DNA of 64,000 bases, taken from positions 3,368 to 67,367 of the forward strand of contig CAYOHI010000005.1 in assembly GCA_964403725.1 (NCBI GenBank), read 5' to 3'. Within the stretch, counting starts at the first letter, position 1; every line of letters begins with the position of its first letter. Source of the DNA: an uncultured Candidatus Saccharibacteria bacterium (GTDB lineage Bacteria > Patescibacteriota > Minisyncoccia > Portnoybacterales > UBA2143). Below the pieces are notes generated by a model that searched no databases, was not told the origin of the DNA, and saw only the letters and a list, made by a program, of their open reading frames with translations. The translations under genes were made by a program, and so were the position numbers. Shown here piece after piece: positions 1-8,912 of this stretch.

Positions 1-315
1 CAAGGCGATTATGGAAGTGACGATCTGCAAGTCTTTTGAAGAAGCGCTAGCTGGCACTTCGTCTTTCTTGATCTTTACATCCATCTTAACCACTCTTTGG
101 ATTAAAGGGATTTTGATGTAGAGACCCTCATCAAAAACCTTATCCTTAACAGCGCCGAATTGGAGAAGAACCCCTCTTTCTCCGGCTCCGATCGTGCCGA
201 AAGCGCCAAAGATGATAATTAGGCCGACAACGACGTAAAGACCGCGCTTGATTAAAGTCTTAGGATCAAAATTCCTCATTTTTTGATTAATTTCGACAAT
301 TCTATCTGTATCCAT
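1..315 (-). CDS. SPFH/prohibitin (band 7) family membrane protein, 5' part (runs off the window edge)
   Basis: Hand translation from ATG at 315: MDTDRIVEINQK...GLYVVVGLIIIFGAFGTIGAGERGVLLQFGAV...EGLYIKIPLIQRVVKMDVKIQK...ASSKDLQIV. TM helix plus GERGV and SKDLQ motifs are typical of prohibitin. Not in the ORF track. Confidence 0.85.
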   Translation of the reverse strand, partial: MDTDRIVEINQKMRNFDPKTLIKRGLYVVVGLIIIFGAFGTIGAGERGVLLQFGAVKDKVFDEGLYIKIPLIQRVVKMDVKIKKDEVPASASSKDLQIVTSIIAL

Positions 316-399
316 ATTTTTAAATTCCTTTTCAATTTATCCCCCTTACAAATTAGAAAAGAAATGATTAATGTATATTCATTTTACATAAAAAACAAA

Positions 400-423
400 G
401 GACCGTCCAGTTGTGGACGATCC
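400..423 (-). terminator. Hairpin, probable intrinsic terminator of 453..908
   Basis: ggaccgtcca/tggacgatcc stem with one mismatch, followed by a T-rich run on the minus strand. Confidence 0.55.
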
Positions 424-452
424 CGAGGAAAACTTCTTTCATTTGAATATGC

Positions 453-908
453 CTAGGCAAAAACCGTTTCTGGCAGGATTTGATCGATAGAATGGCTTTC
501 AGCAACCTGAGCCACCATCTCGTCAATATCAATATCAAGCCTGACAGCTTTGGTTGTCAGGGCCCTTAATACACATGCTTCCAAGGTGTCATCAATAGCC
601 TCGGATAACACTCTGGCCCATTCTTGAAGACGGTTAAGGTGGTCAGGATTTAAGGATTTTCGAATCTTGGCAAAAATTCCAGCTGCATCAAACCTATTTC
701 TGAAAACAGCTTGTTCGACACACGCCAGACAGGCCGTCTCATCGCTGTCGCTGAAGCCGGTATGCGGTCGCTCGTGATCCATGCAGTATGCATCGGATTC
801 CTCCGCACATTTGAGACAGGCCATTGTATTTAAAGACCCATCTTCTTTCTTGATCGGTAATAGGATTGATAAATCGACATCCTTGACTCCGCAAATCTCG
901 CAATTCAT
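453..908 (-). CDS. Hypothetical Cys-rich (Zn-finger-like) protein
   Basis: CEIC, CLKC, CMDH and CLAC motifs; strong SD (AAGGGGGA) upstream. Confidence 0.7.
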   Translation of the reverse strand: MNCEICGVKDVDLSILLPIKKEDGSLNTMACLKCAEESDAYCMDHERPHTGFSDSDETACLACVEQAVFRNRFDAAGIFAKIRKSLNPDHLNRLQEWARVLSEAIDDTLEACVLRALTTKAVRLDIDIDEMVAQVAESHSIDQILPETVFA

Positions 909-951
909 AGCATCCCCCTTTTGTAGAAGTTGACTGGATTTTAAGAAACTA

Positions 952-1350
952 CTAAGGAAACAGGTGCTTGACTGTCATCTGCACCATATATGTAATCTGA
1001 GCAATGGTCGCTGAAACTAATAGGTTAAAACTCCATTGTTCAAGCTTGAATCCGTTAAAACCAACTGCTTGGAAATATGCAAAGGCGAAAATGGCAACAG
1101 TTTCAAAAGCCAGGAAGAAGAATAGGGTGAAAAGTGAAATTTTCTTCAACTTGATATCCTGCTCAAAGGCCTTGTTTTCCAATTCTCTGGCTCGGTCATC
1201 AATTTCAGTGCTAATTTCTTTCTTGGCTACCAAAGGCGTATATGAAGTCAGATCTTCAGATTTTTTCTGATTAAGCAGAACATTAATTTGATCAAGTTCT
1301 TCTTCTTGGCGGGCTACCTCCTCTTCGATTGTGCGTCCGTCAATAAGCAT
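952..1350 (-). CDS. Hypothetical protein with acidic coiled-coil N-terminus and two C-terminal TM helices
   Basis: ORF 952..1425; likely start is ATG at 1350 (MLIDGRTIEEE), just after the upstream stop; two hydrophobic stretches. Confidence 0.7.
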   Translation of the reverse strand: MLIDGRTIEEEVARQEEELDQINVLLNQKKSEDLTSYTPLVAKKEISTEIDDRARELENKAFEQDIKLKKISLFTLFFFLAFETVAIFAFAYFQAVGFNGFKLEQWSFNLLVSATIAQITYMVQMTVKHLFP

Positions 1351-1352
1351 GG

Positions 1353-1895
1353 TTATGTAATCAATCCTAATTTCTCCAAACGAAGGCTCATGATTGAAAT
1401 TGGAACCTTGAATATCTTGGCGCACTCTTCAACATTCTTGAATGAATTCCAGGCTTTGACAACCAGATCTTCGGGCATGATCAGGATTGAGGCGAATTGG
1501 TTCGCTTCTGCCTTGATGATTGAAGGCAGATACGAGACTGTTCCTTCCATAGGATAGGTCGAAGGCTCGTCATCTGAAAAATCACCACGGTCAACAATCA
1601 TTCCTCTCCTTTTAATGATTCCTTGGTGGAGGAAATAGTGGCCTAGTTCGTAGGCTATGATGAAATATTGGAAAGCTTCAGATCTTTTTTCATTGACTAA
1701 GATCTTGAACTTGTTGGTCGTAAAGTCATAGTTAATGACTCCTGAAATTTCATCTCCAGGAAGCTCATCTGAAACAAAGACATCCAGATCTGTCTTTTCC
1801 TTTATGATCTTTTCAAAAGGAAAAGGAGCCAGATTTTCCGGATTGTATAGCCTGGCTATTTCCTCAGCCTTTCTTTTTACATTCATTTCATTCAT
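1353..1895 (-). CDS. ImmA/IrrE family metallopeptidase-like protein with degenerate HEXXH (YELGH)
   Basis: ISGVI...ILVN...FIIAYELGHYFLH...EANQFASILIMP...AKIFKVP pattern matches ImmA/IrrE. Confidence 0.8.
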   Translation of the reverse strand: MNEMNVKRKAEEIARLYNPENLAPFPFEKIIKEKTDLDVFVSDELPGDEISGVINYDFTTNKFKILVNEKRSEAFQYFIIAYELGHYFLHQGIIKRRGMIVDRGDFSDDEPSTYPMEGTVSYLPSIIKAEANQFASILIMPEDLVVKAWNSFKNVEECAKIFKVPISIMSLRLEKLGLIT

Positions 1896-1899
1896 AATC

Positions 1900-2679
1900 T
1901 TAAGTCCTGTCTAAGAAAACGACAGCATGGCCTTCTTCATAGATGCTGTCATCTGTCAGCTCGATGGTTTCCGGACCACCCCAGAGGCCCATTTCCATGC
2001 CGACCCTGAAAGTATCCCCGTTGAAGATCCAATGCTTCTTGTTATCTTTGCCGATAACGTAAACTTTTTTTGAATTTGGGTTTCTTATTAATTTATTCAT
2101 AATATTTTGATTATTACTCAAACAGCTGTTGTATTCAACAACAACATCCTTTAAGAGCTGATTATAGCTTCGGCCGCTGTTGCCCAATCCGTTTTCCGGA
2201 TCAGACCTCCTGCCTGGATCCAAAATATGGTGGCCGACAATTGACTTGTTGGGATCCAGATTGAACTTATGGCAGATATATGCCAGTGTCCAGAGATATC
2301 TTTTATACGCTTCATCTGCATTGATACTGCTGCCATAGCAATATTCTACGCCGATAGCCGCGTCATTGGCATTGTGACCGTAAATTTCGTTATCCTTGGT
2401 CAATTGGTATCTGACATGCCAGGCTTTTTCAGGATCAGATGTCAAAGCTGGCACGCATTCGATAATCTCTTTGTCATCCACAAAGAGATGAGCAGAAGCA
2501 TAGATTTCATTTTGGCTGTTCTTGTAGTAATTGACGTTTCCTTGGGCAGTAGAGTTTGCATTGCCCGTATCATGGGCAACAATGAATTTTACGCTTGGTG
2601 AAATTAAAATACCTGCCCTCCTTTTCGTCCCCCTTGTTAGATAATCTGCCTTGATAGTATATTTCTGTTTAAATGCCAT
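1900..2679 (-). CDS. N-acetylmuramoyl-L-alanine amidase (Amidase_2) with C-terminal surface-binding-like module
   Basis: IVAHDTGN, ASAHLFVDD, AWH, AIGVEYC and GHH...RRSDP motifs. Confidence 0.9.
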   Translation of the reverse strand: MAFKQKYTIKADYLTRGTKRRAGILISPSVKFIVAHDTGNANSTAQGNVNYYKNSQNEIYASAHLFVDDKEIIECVPALTSDPEKAWHVRYQLTKDNEIYGHNANDAAIGVEYCYGSSINADEAYKRYLWTLAYICHKFNLDPNKSIVGHHILDPGRRSDPENGLGNSGRSYNQLLKDVVVEYNSCLSNNQNIMNKLIRNPNSKKVYVIGKDNKKHWIFNGDTFRVGMEMGLWGGPETIELTDDSIYEEGHAVVFLDRT

Positions 2680-3430
2680 TTTTAATCTGTTTGATCGCTT
2701 TTAGAATAAGCTTCTTTACGTTATCTGCATTTTCCTTCATGACTGATAGGATCATTTCCCAGGTAACCGGCTCTTCGTTTTCAAGCCAACAGTCATAGTC
2801 CGTAGCCATAGCTATTGAAGCATAGCACATATTCAGTTCATTAGCCAAGATTACTTCTGGCGTAGTCGACATATTGATGACATCTGCTCCCAGTTTTCTG
2901 AACATATGGCTTTCTGCTCTGGTTGAAAACCTAGGTCCTTCAATAGTCACCATGGTTCCTTTAGTGTGATGAGGGATTTTTAATTGCTTGGCAGTTTTGA
3001 TTAAGATTTTCCTTAAATTCTCATCAAAAGGATCAGCCATAGGGGTATGCACTACTTTTTTCTTGTCGAAAAACGTCAGATCCCTGTGTTTAGTGAAATC
3101 AATAAATTGATCTAAGAAAACCAATTGCCTTGGCTTAATTTTCTTCCTTAATGAACCGCAAGCCGTAGTGGCAATGATGTGAGTCACGCCAGCCTTGTGC
3201 AGAGCCCAGATATTCGCCCTGAAAGGAACGAGTGTCGGCATAATATTGTGCTTCTTGCCATGCCTGGCCAAAACGACGACATCTGTCCCATCTATCTTGC
3301 CAGTTATCAATTTAGAAGCAGTTTTGCCATATGGCGTCTTGACTTCCTTTTCCTTGGCGTTCTTCAATATTTTAGGATCATCTATGCCGCTGCCGCCAAT
3401 GACCCCAATTTTAATCTTATTCGCTGTCAT
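2669..3430 (-). CDS. mtnP: S-methyl-5'-thioadenosine phosphorylase
   Basis: IGVIGGSG, LARHG, ANIWAL, EGPRFSTRAES, NMST and TDYDCW motifs. Confidence 0.95.
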   Translation of the reverse strand: MTANKIKIGVIGGSGIDDPKILKNAKEKEVKTPYGKTASKLITGKIDGTDVVVLARHGKKHNIMPTLVPFRANIWALHKAGVTHIIATTACGSLRKKIKPRQLVFLDQFIDFTKHRDLTFFDKKKVVHTPMADPFDENLRKILIKTAKQLKIPHHTKGTMVTIEGPRFSTRAESHMFRKLGADVINMSTTPEVILANELNMCYASIAMATDYDCWLENEEPVTWEMILSVMKENADNVKKLILKAIKQIKNGI

Positions 3431-3947
3431 ATGATACTAGACTTCTTACCTTATACCCTCTCTCTTCTAATTTCTTAGAACCCCCGAGAAAAGGCAAGTC
3501 AATAATGAAGTGCACTTCTTTAATTTCTCCCCCTAATTCTTCAATCAGGTCACAGGCCGCTACAGATGTTCCACCAGTAGCAGATAGGTCATCAATTAAG
3601 ACAACCTTGTCTCCTTTTTTAATCGCATCCTTGTGCATCTGGATAGTGGCCTGGCCGTATTCTAAATCATAGTCAGCTTCAATCGTATTATACGGAAGCT
3701 TTCCCTTTTTTCTGACAATCGATAGGCCAATTCCCAGTTTGTAGGCTACCGGAGCGGCAAAAAGGAATCCCCTGGCATCAATACCGACAATCTTATCTAT
3801 TTCCTTATCTTTGAAAAACTCACAGAGCTGATCTATGGTTTGCTTAAAAGCTTCTGGATCTTCCAGAATAGTTGTTACATCTTTGAAATTGACGCCTTTC
3901 TTGGGCCAATCTTGCACACCTCTAATTTTATCTTTTAAATCAATCAT
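3417..3947 (-). CDS. apt: Adenine phosphoribosyltransferase
   Basis: DWPKKGVNFKD, ARGF, RKKGKLP, LEYG and VVLIDDLSATGGT motifs. Confidence 0.97.
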   Translation of the reverse strand: MIDLKDKIRGVQDWPKKGVNFKDVTTILEDPEAFKQTIDQLCEFFKDKEIDKIVGIDARGFLFAAPVAYKLGIGLSIVRKKGKLPYNTIEADYDLEYGQATIQMHKDAIKKGDKVVLIDDLSATGGTSVAACDLIEELGGEIKEVHFIIDLPFLGGSKKLEERGYKVRSLVSYDSE

Positions 3948-3976
3948 ATTTTTTATTTAATTTATTTATTAATTAC

Positions 3977-4004
3977 TTGACAAATTATTCCAGTTTGTTA
4001 GAAT
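3977..4004 (+). promoter_or_regulatory. Sigma70-type promoter with no downstream plus-strand CDS
   Basis: TTGACA (3977-82), 16 nt, then TAGAAT (3999-4004) with extended -10 TG. Confidence 0.65.
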
Positions 4005-4010
4005 TATATT

Positions 4011-4066
4011 ATCACGAAGGGGAAAAGACTTTAAGGTTCGTCCTTAAAGCGACGCCCCTTTTTTTT
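4011..4066 (+). ncRNA. Candidate ~55-nt small RNA convergent with the NYN gene
   Basis: AAGGGG/CCCCTT outer stem and CTTTAAGG/CCTTAAAG inner stem with an internal loop, ending in a T8 tract; directly downstream of a consensus promoter. Confidence 0.5.
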
Positions 4067-4565
4067 ATTTTGATCTTTTTCCAAGTTTGTTTTCTAAATT
4101 ATCCATATAGTCCATATGTTTTCTAAATTTCCAGAGAAGACTGGAATATGCTTTTCTGTTTGGGATAATAATGCGACCCAATTTATCTCCTTTTTCCAAA
4201 TACTCAATCAGACAATGAAAATCGCCATCGCCTGAAACTATCATAGCCTTATCATAATTCTTGTATTCAATCATTGTATGCAAAACTAATTCTGCATCAA
4301 CATTACCCTTAATCCGCACACTCCCATCCTCTTCTTTTATTTCCAAAGTCGGCTTAAAGACACAAATGTATCCAGCACTTTGCAAGTATGTATAAAGGGC
4401 TTCATTGCCTGGAACATAGCCGATAAAGAGATAAGCTTTCTTTATCTTATACTTATCTTTTAGATATACAAAAAATCTGGCAAAATCTAAATCCCATCCT
4501 TGACTTTTAACGCCAAGATTTAAATTCTGACTATCTATGAAGGCATAGTTATTTTCCTTCTTCAT
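4065..4565 (-). CDS. NYN domain (LabA/DUF88, PIN-like) protein
   Basis: AFIDSQNL, KGNVDAEL and IVSGDGDF acidic motifs. Confidence 0.92.
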   Translation of the reverse strand: MKKENNYAFIDSQNLNLGVKSQGWDLDFARFFVYLKDKYKIKKAYLFIGYVPGNEALYTYLQSAGYICVFKPTLEIKEEDGSVRIKGNVDAELVLHTMIEYKNYDKAMIVSGDGDFHCLIEYLEKGDKLGRIIIPNRKAYSSLLWKFRKHMDYMDNLENKLGKRSK

Positions 4566-4581
4566 GTATGTATTTTAGCAT

Positions 4582-4612
4582 AAAAAACAACCGCTTAAAA
4601 GCGGTGTTTTTT
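4582..4612. terminator. Bidirectional-looking intrinsic terminator
   Basis: aaaaaac-aaccgctt-aa-aagcggt-gtttttt. Confidence 0.65.
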
Positions 4613-4627
4613 ACTGTTTTTGAAATA

Positions 4628-5182
4628 TTAATTTATTTCCGCGTAGTTGAACAAAACGCTAAATGGCACGCACCAATACATGACGTACTTGTAGTCATAG
4701 ATATTAACATCTTCAGGAACAGGATAATTAATATTCCCTTTTGTTCCTTTAATTTCTCCTAAATCAACAAATTCACTGGCTTCTAAATCTTTTGCTAAAT
4801 AGACGCGCAAGTTAGGCCCATTGATTGTTTCAAATCTCTCATAACGGACAATACTCCCTGTCTCGGTTTTCAGAATCCTGACATAGCCGCTAGCTGGATG
4901 CCCTTTCGTACCCATAACTGGGAACAAGGTAATTTCTTCTGGCAATGATTCTGGTACTTCTTCGTCCATGTCAGAGACTTCCATATCTTTCATTTCTTCC
5001 ATTTCCTTGTCAAATTCCTGCTTTTGCTCATCAGTCAGATCCTCAACGCCGCTTGGCATTTCTTGGATAATATCATTTGGCAAAGCATCATCTACTTCAA
5101 TTTCATTGAATAAAGGAGAAATGGCGTAATATCCTACGCCTAGGATTATTAGAGTAATGATAACAATGATAATTTTCTTCAT
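4628..5182 (-). CDS. DM13 domain protein with N-terminal anchor
   Basis: NGPNLRVYL, LGEIKGTKGNINY and WCVPFSVLF motifs. Confidence 0.88.
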   Translation of the reverse strand: MKKIIIVIITLIILGVGYYAISPLFNEIEVDDALPNDIIQEMPSGVEDLTDEQKQEFDKEMEEMKDMEVSDMDEEVPESLPEEITLFPVMGTKGHPASGYVRILKTETGSIVRYERFETINGPNLRVYLAKDLEASEFVDLGEIKGTKGNINYPVPEDVNIYDYKYVMYWCVPFSVLFNYAEIN

Positions 5183-5586
5183 TTTAGTCTATTAATTAAT
5201 ATTTGAATAAAGGATCCTAAGCCAGCTAAAGCAATGGCTAGGTATCCATACCAAACAAAAGGGGTTAAAAAGTAGAGGAAAGTTGTGAATAGGGCCAGCC
5301 AGACACCAGTACACCAAGGGCATCCTAATAGCTTAGAAATTGTCCTGCCTGGACCAGTCTCAAATCTTTTAAAGAAGGCTCTAACAAAATCCATGGCCAT
5401 ATCATAGACAAACAATTGAATTAGCCTAAAAACAACTAAGCCTATTAAAAAGAAATCGAACAAAGGTATGTCTGTTGGCAATTTATCAACAGAGTGGAGA
5501 TAAATACTAAAAATGATGACCAGGAATACATAGAGACAGCTGAAGATAAAGTTCCAGATATATTGTTCATTTGTCTTGTTATTCAT
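5179..5586 (-). CDS. DUF1360-like membrane protein
   Basis: FRL..LFVYD and LLGCPWCTGVW motifs; several TM helices. Confidence 0.8.
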   Translation of the reverse strand: MNNKTNEQYIWNFIFSCLYVFLVIIFSIYLHSVDKLPTDIPLFDFFLIGLVVFRLIQLFVYDMAMDFVRAFFKRFETGPGRTISKLLGCPWCTGVWLALFTTFLYFLTPFVWYGYLAIALAGLGSFIQILINRLK

Positions 5587-5590
5587 GTTT

Positions 5591-6586
5591 TTAATTTAAA
5601 AGATTAATATATTCCCTATTAGCTATTTGTGATGCTTCTCTATAATCCATCCTCTTGCCCATCCTAATATCTAGTAATTCTTCTAAATTCTGGTTAAATT
5701 CTTTTGGATTAGCAGAATTAACTAAATCACGGACAACCTCTTCACTTTCTCGTCCTGTTAAATTAATCAATTCTTCTTCAACATTATCAATTTCTTTTTT
5801 GAGTCTTTTTTCAAGTAATTCTTTTAATACATCTTTAGTTGATTCTCCTTGATTAACTCTTTTAATCATTTCAGAGACCCCTTGATACCTGATATCTTCT
5901 ACGTATTCATCCCATCTGTCTGTTAAATGATCTTCCAATTCGCTTTCAGACCAATCATTTTTCATCATTAAGTATGTTTTTAATAATTTAATATCAACGC
6001 CCCATTTAATTTCTCCTTTCCTCAGTTCGCCTTCTCTGGTCATTTCTGGATTAGATAACGTCTTGATTTTATCAAAAATCATTTCTTCTGGAGACAAGAC
6101 CAGGAATTCCTTATCTCCACTTTTGACTTCTTGTCTTGGGAAATGAGGCAGATCTTCTCTGTGCAAGACATCTATCATTTCATTACTGCCACTAACTTGT
6201 CCTCTTTTTATTCTTTTAGATTCTTTATCCCAGCCGAAATCAGTCATGATTCCATCGTGGTTTTCCAAAGATACACCGATATCAAAATCATTTTTACCGC
6301 CGGCAATCCTTTGTTCTAAGATATTCAAACCTTTGCCTTCTTCTAATTCGTTAAACATCAAGTACATTCCCATGCTGCCTAAGATAATGAATTCCCTATC
6401 TGTTGATTTTTCAATAGCTCCTATTACTTCTTCACAGTGACCAATTACAGTTTCTAATTTAGAACCTTCTGGTGCTTCAATATCATGGCTGGTTGAAGAA
6501 ATTTTTTCTGGGATTTTCTCTTCCTCTATTTGTTCAATAGAATACGGATTAAGCTCTGATTTTTGTTCTGGTGATTCAAATGACAT
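5591..6586 (-). CDS. Hypothetical protein with nucleotidyltransferase-like N-terminal domain
   Basis: ILGSMG...KNDFDIGV...IDVL...LSPEEMIFDK resembles the GS/DxD Pol-beta superfamily signature. Confidence 0.6.
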   Translation of the reverse strand: MSFESPEQKSELNPYSIEQIEEEKIPEKISSTSHDIEAPEGSKLETVIGHCEEVIGAIEKSTDREFIILGSMGMYLMFNELEEGKGLNILEQRIAGGKNDFDIGVSLENHDGIMTDFGWDKESKRIKRGQVSGSNEMIDVLHREDLPHFPRQEVKSGDKEFLVLSPEEMIFDKIKTLSNPEMTREGELRKGEIKWGVDIKLLKTYLMMKNDWSESELEDHLTDRWDEYVEDIRYQGVSEMIKRVNQGESTKDVLKELLEKRLKKEIDNVEEELINLTGRESEEVVRDLVNSANPKEFNQNLEELLDIRMGKRMDYREASQIANREYINLLN

Positions 6587-6609
6587 ATATTGATTATATC
6601 AAAATTAAA

Positions 6610-6659
6610 AGAAGACTGGAAGTGAGCAAATGACCTATTAATTCTCATTCCAGTCTTCT
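6610..6659. terminator. Inverted repeat, probable terminator of 6702..7073
   Basis: agaagactggaa (6610-21) pairs with ttccagtcttct (6648-59). Confidence 0.55.
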
Positions 6660-6701
6660 ATTGTATATTACTTATGGGTCCCCCTTTTTCTTTCAAAAGA
6701 A

Positions 6702-7073
6702 CTACAGATGGATGAATTTTCTGATTTCGTCCAGGAGAATAATACCATCGCGAAGACAATCCAGATCCGCTTTGCCAGTCCTTTGACAGAAATATACTGG
6801 CTTCCCTTTGCCTCTGGCATAGCCGATCTCAGCAGTGACAAAAGTTCCAATATACCCCTGAAAGCAAAGAACATAGAGGGCTTGTGAAATGTCAATTGCC
6901 CGAAAATGGTCGAAAATGAGCCTCCTTTGCGTTTCTTCGTCAAGCTCTTCCTTACTCAATCCTGAATCCAGATTAGGAAACAGAGCTTGAATGCCAATTT
7001 CGTTAAAATGGATTATGGCTTCTCTGACTGACGACTCAAACCTCATGCTGGAACTTAGACAAATAGTTTTCAT
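6702..7073 (-). CDS. Nucleoside 2-deoxyribosyltransferase-like protein
   Basis: MKTICLSSSMRF...HFRAIDISQALYV...GYIG...AEIGYARGKGKPVYF; SD AAGAGGG before ATG at 7073. Confidence 0.7.
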   Translation of the reverse strand: MKTICLSSSMRFESSVREAIIHFNEIGIQALFPNLDSGLSKEELDEETQRRLIFDHFRAIDISQALYVLCFQGYIGTFVTAEIGYARGKGKPVYFCQRTGKADLDCLRDGIILLDEIRKFIHL

Positions 7074-7092
7074 GACTATCCCTCTTTTGTTG

Positions 7093-8058
7093 TTAATACC
7101 AAATAGTCTTTGTTCTATGGTAGGGTTTGTCATCCGATGATTTTACCTGACCCTTAAACCAAATAATACCATCAATATTTGCTGCGTTTGCCTGTTTGAA
7201 TTTAATCTTTGCCTTTCTAGTCATTTCGTCAATAGCTTTTATGGTGAATGCTCTGATTTCAATTTCTTCATTGCTTCCAGCTGACAATTCAATTAAATTA
7301 TCAACTTTAGAAGATAATTCATCTGCATATTTAATAATTCCTAATTTCCTTAATATTTGAGGAACTTTGTAATCTGCAAAAGCTGTTATTTTATCGACAT
7401 TTGATATTTTAATTTCTGTGAGGCCAAGCTTCGTTATGTCATGAGCAACATAGGCTGGAATGAGCTGGGCTCTTTTATAGAATTTAACTAAATGACCATT
7501 GTATTCGGCTTCATCTTTAAAAACATCTGGAAAATATTTTACTAGAGTTTTAACAATATCAACAGCATCATAATTTCCTTTTTCTAATACTTTTATCCAG
7601 GAATTATTAAAATTCTTTTTCATTGATTTACCTAAGCTTCTTAAAAGCAAAAGCCTTTCTTGGAATAAAGGGATTTCAATGTTTCCCTTTAAGATATTAG
7701 CTAAATCTTTTTCTGGTAAATCTGCTAAATAATTGGGGTCAAGTAATGGATAGCTGTCATTAATAGCTGAGACTAAAGCTCTAGTTAATCCAGCACAGCC
7801 ATCATAGTATTCATTTTTATATTTAATAGTCCATTTTGGTTCGCCCCAATAGCAAAAATTAATTGTATTATATACAATCATATATCCTATGTGATCTTCT
7901 TGTTTGTTCGATGAAATGACAGTGTCAGAATTAAATTCAGATTGTTCGAAATCTGAGTCTTTTAAAGAATTAACAAAATCATCAATAGCCCTGCTATTGA
8001 TTTTTATTAATTTAGAACTATTGATTGCTGGCTTTATGGATTCTAGGATTTCTTGCAT
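7093..8058 (-). CDS. Queuosine salvage nucleotide N-glycosylase (DUF2419/Qng1 family)
   Basis: INFCYW, FYKRAQL, TAFADYKVPQILR, EIEIRA and YHRTKTIWY motifs. Confidence 0.9.
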   Translation of the reverse strand: MQEILESIKPAINSSKLIKINSRAIDDFVNSLKDSDFEQSEFNSDTVISSNKQEDHIGYMIVYNTINFCYWGEPKWTIKYKNEYYDGCAGLTRALVSAINDSYPLLDPNYLADLPEKDLANILKGNIEIPLFQERLLLLRSLGKSMKKNFNNSWIKVLEKGNYDAVDIVKTLVKYFPDVFKDEAEYNGHLVKFYKRAQLIPAYVAHDITKLGLTEIKISNVDKITAFADYKVPQILRKLGIIKYADELSSKVDNLIELSAGSNEEIEIRAFTIKAIDEMTRKAKIKFKQANAANIDGIIWFKGQVKSSDDKPYHRTKTIWY

Positions 8059-8059
8059 A

Positions 8060-8809
8060 TTATTCTATTAATTTAGTAAATTTCAGTATCTTTCTATACT
8101 GGAAAAAAATAAAAGACCAAGCAAAAAGAAGTAATAGATAAGCAAGAGCTACAACCCACCAACACAGAGAGATAGTAGTTACTGTATCCATCATTCCAAT
8201 CGATGTAGTTGCTAAGTTGGCAATATAATTTTTCCCTTCTAGACGTTTTTTGTTTTCAATATCATCTATATTAACTAATATGGGATATGTAAATTCTGGC
8301 GATGAAGAATTTTGCCTAAATCTGTTAATTAAAACATTTTTACAATCCTTACTTCCCTTTTCAGTAAAAAAATTATAACCATCCAACTGATTAATAGCTA
8401 CATTAGAAGCTTGATCTTCGTCTACTATGCCATTAATATAAACTACATTTTTATTAACCAAACAAACTTTATGATAAGGAAGAAATGAAAAAACACCAAG
8501 TTTTTCCGTGATGCCTCTAGAAACTTCTTTTTCAAAATTATTATTTTCTAAATCTGATTTCTGTTCACCAAATTTAACTAAAGAATCATCTTTAGTAGAT
8601 TCATAAAAATAATCTACTAATTCAAAAACCCTATCAACCTCTTCACGATTAATATTTTCCGCCCCTTTTAATTCGAAATTTGTCTTAAATAAGGGGTTTT
8701 CTTCGAATTCTATTTTATACCACAAGAAACATGGTACAACTGGCGGCAAAAATAACAAGAACAAACTCAAAGACCAAAGGATTTTTTTAAATATCTTTTT
8801 AGAAGTCAT
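8060..8809 (-). CDS. Hypothetical membrane protein (N- and C-terminal TM helices), low GC
   Basis: 249-aa ORF with two hydrophobic ends. Confidence 0.7.
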   Translation of the reverse strand: MTSKKIFKKILWSLSLFLLFLPPVVPCFLWYKIEFEENPLFKTNFELKGAENINREEVDRVFELVDYFYESTKDDSLVKFGEQKSDLENNNFEKEVSRGITEKLGVFSFLPYHKVCLVNKNVVYINGIVDEDQASNVAINQLDGYNFFTEKGSKDCKNVLINRFRQNSSSPEFTYPILVNIDDIENKKRLEGKNYIANLATTSIGMMDTVTTISLCWWVVALAYLLLLFAWSFIFFQYRKILKFTKLIE

Positions 8810-8834
8810 TATTTGTAACTATTTTGTATATTTG

Positions 8835-8907
8835 CTGGGGAGGAGGGATTCGAACCCCCGCAATGCACGGATCAAAACCGTGTGCCTTACCACTTGGCGA
8901 CTCCCCA
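8835..8907 (-). tRNA. tRNA-Gln(TTG), CCA not encoded
   Basis: TGGGGAG/CTCCCCA acceptor stem, CACGG-TT-TTG-AT-CCGTG anticodon arm, GTTCGAATC T-loop, U1-A72 pair. Confidence 0.95.
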
Positions 8908-8912
8908 ATATA

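Noticed and set aside
8060-8907. Integrative element at tRNA-Gln
   Set aside because: No integrase, and I found no duplicated tRNA 3' end by eye.
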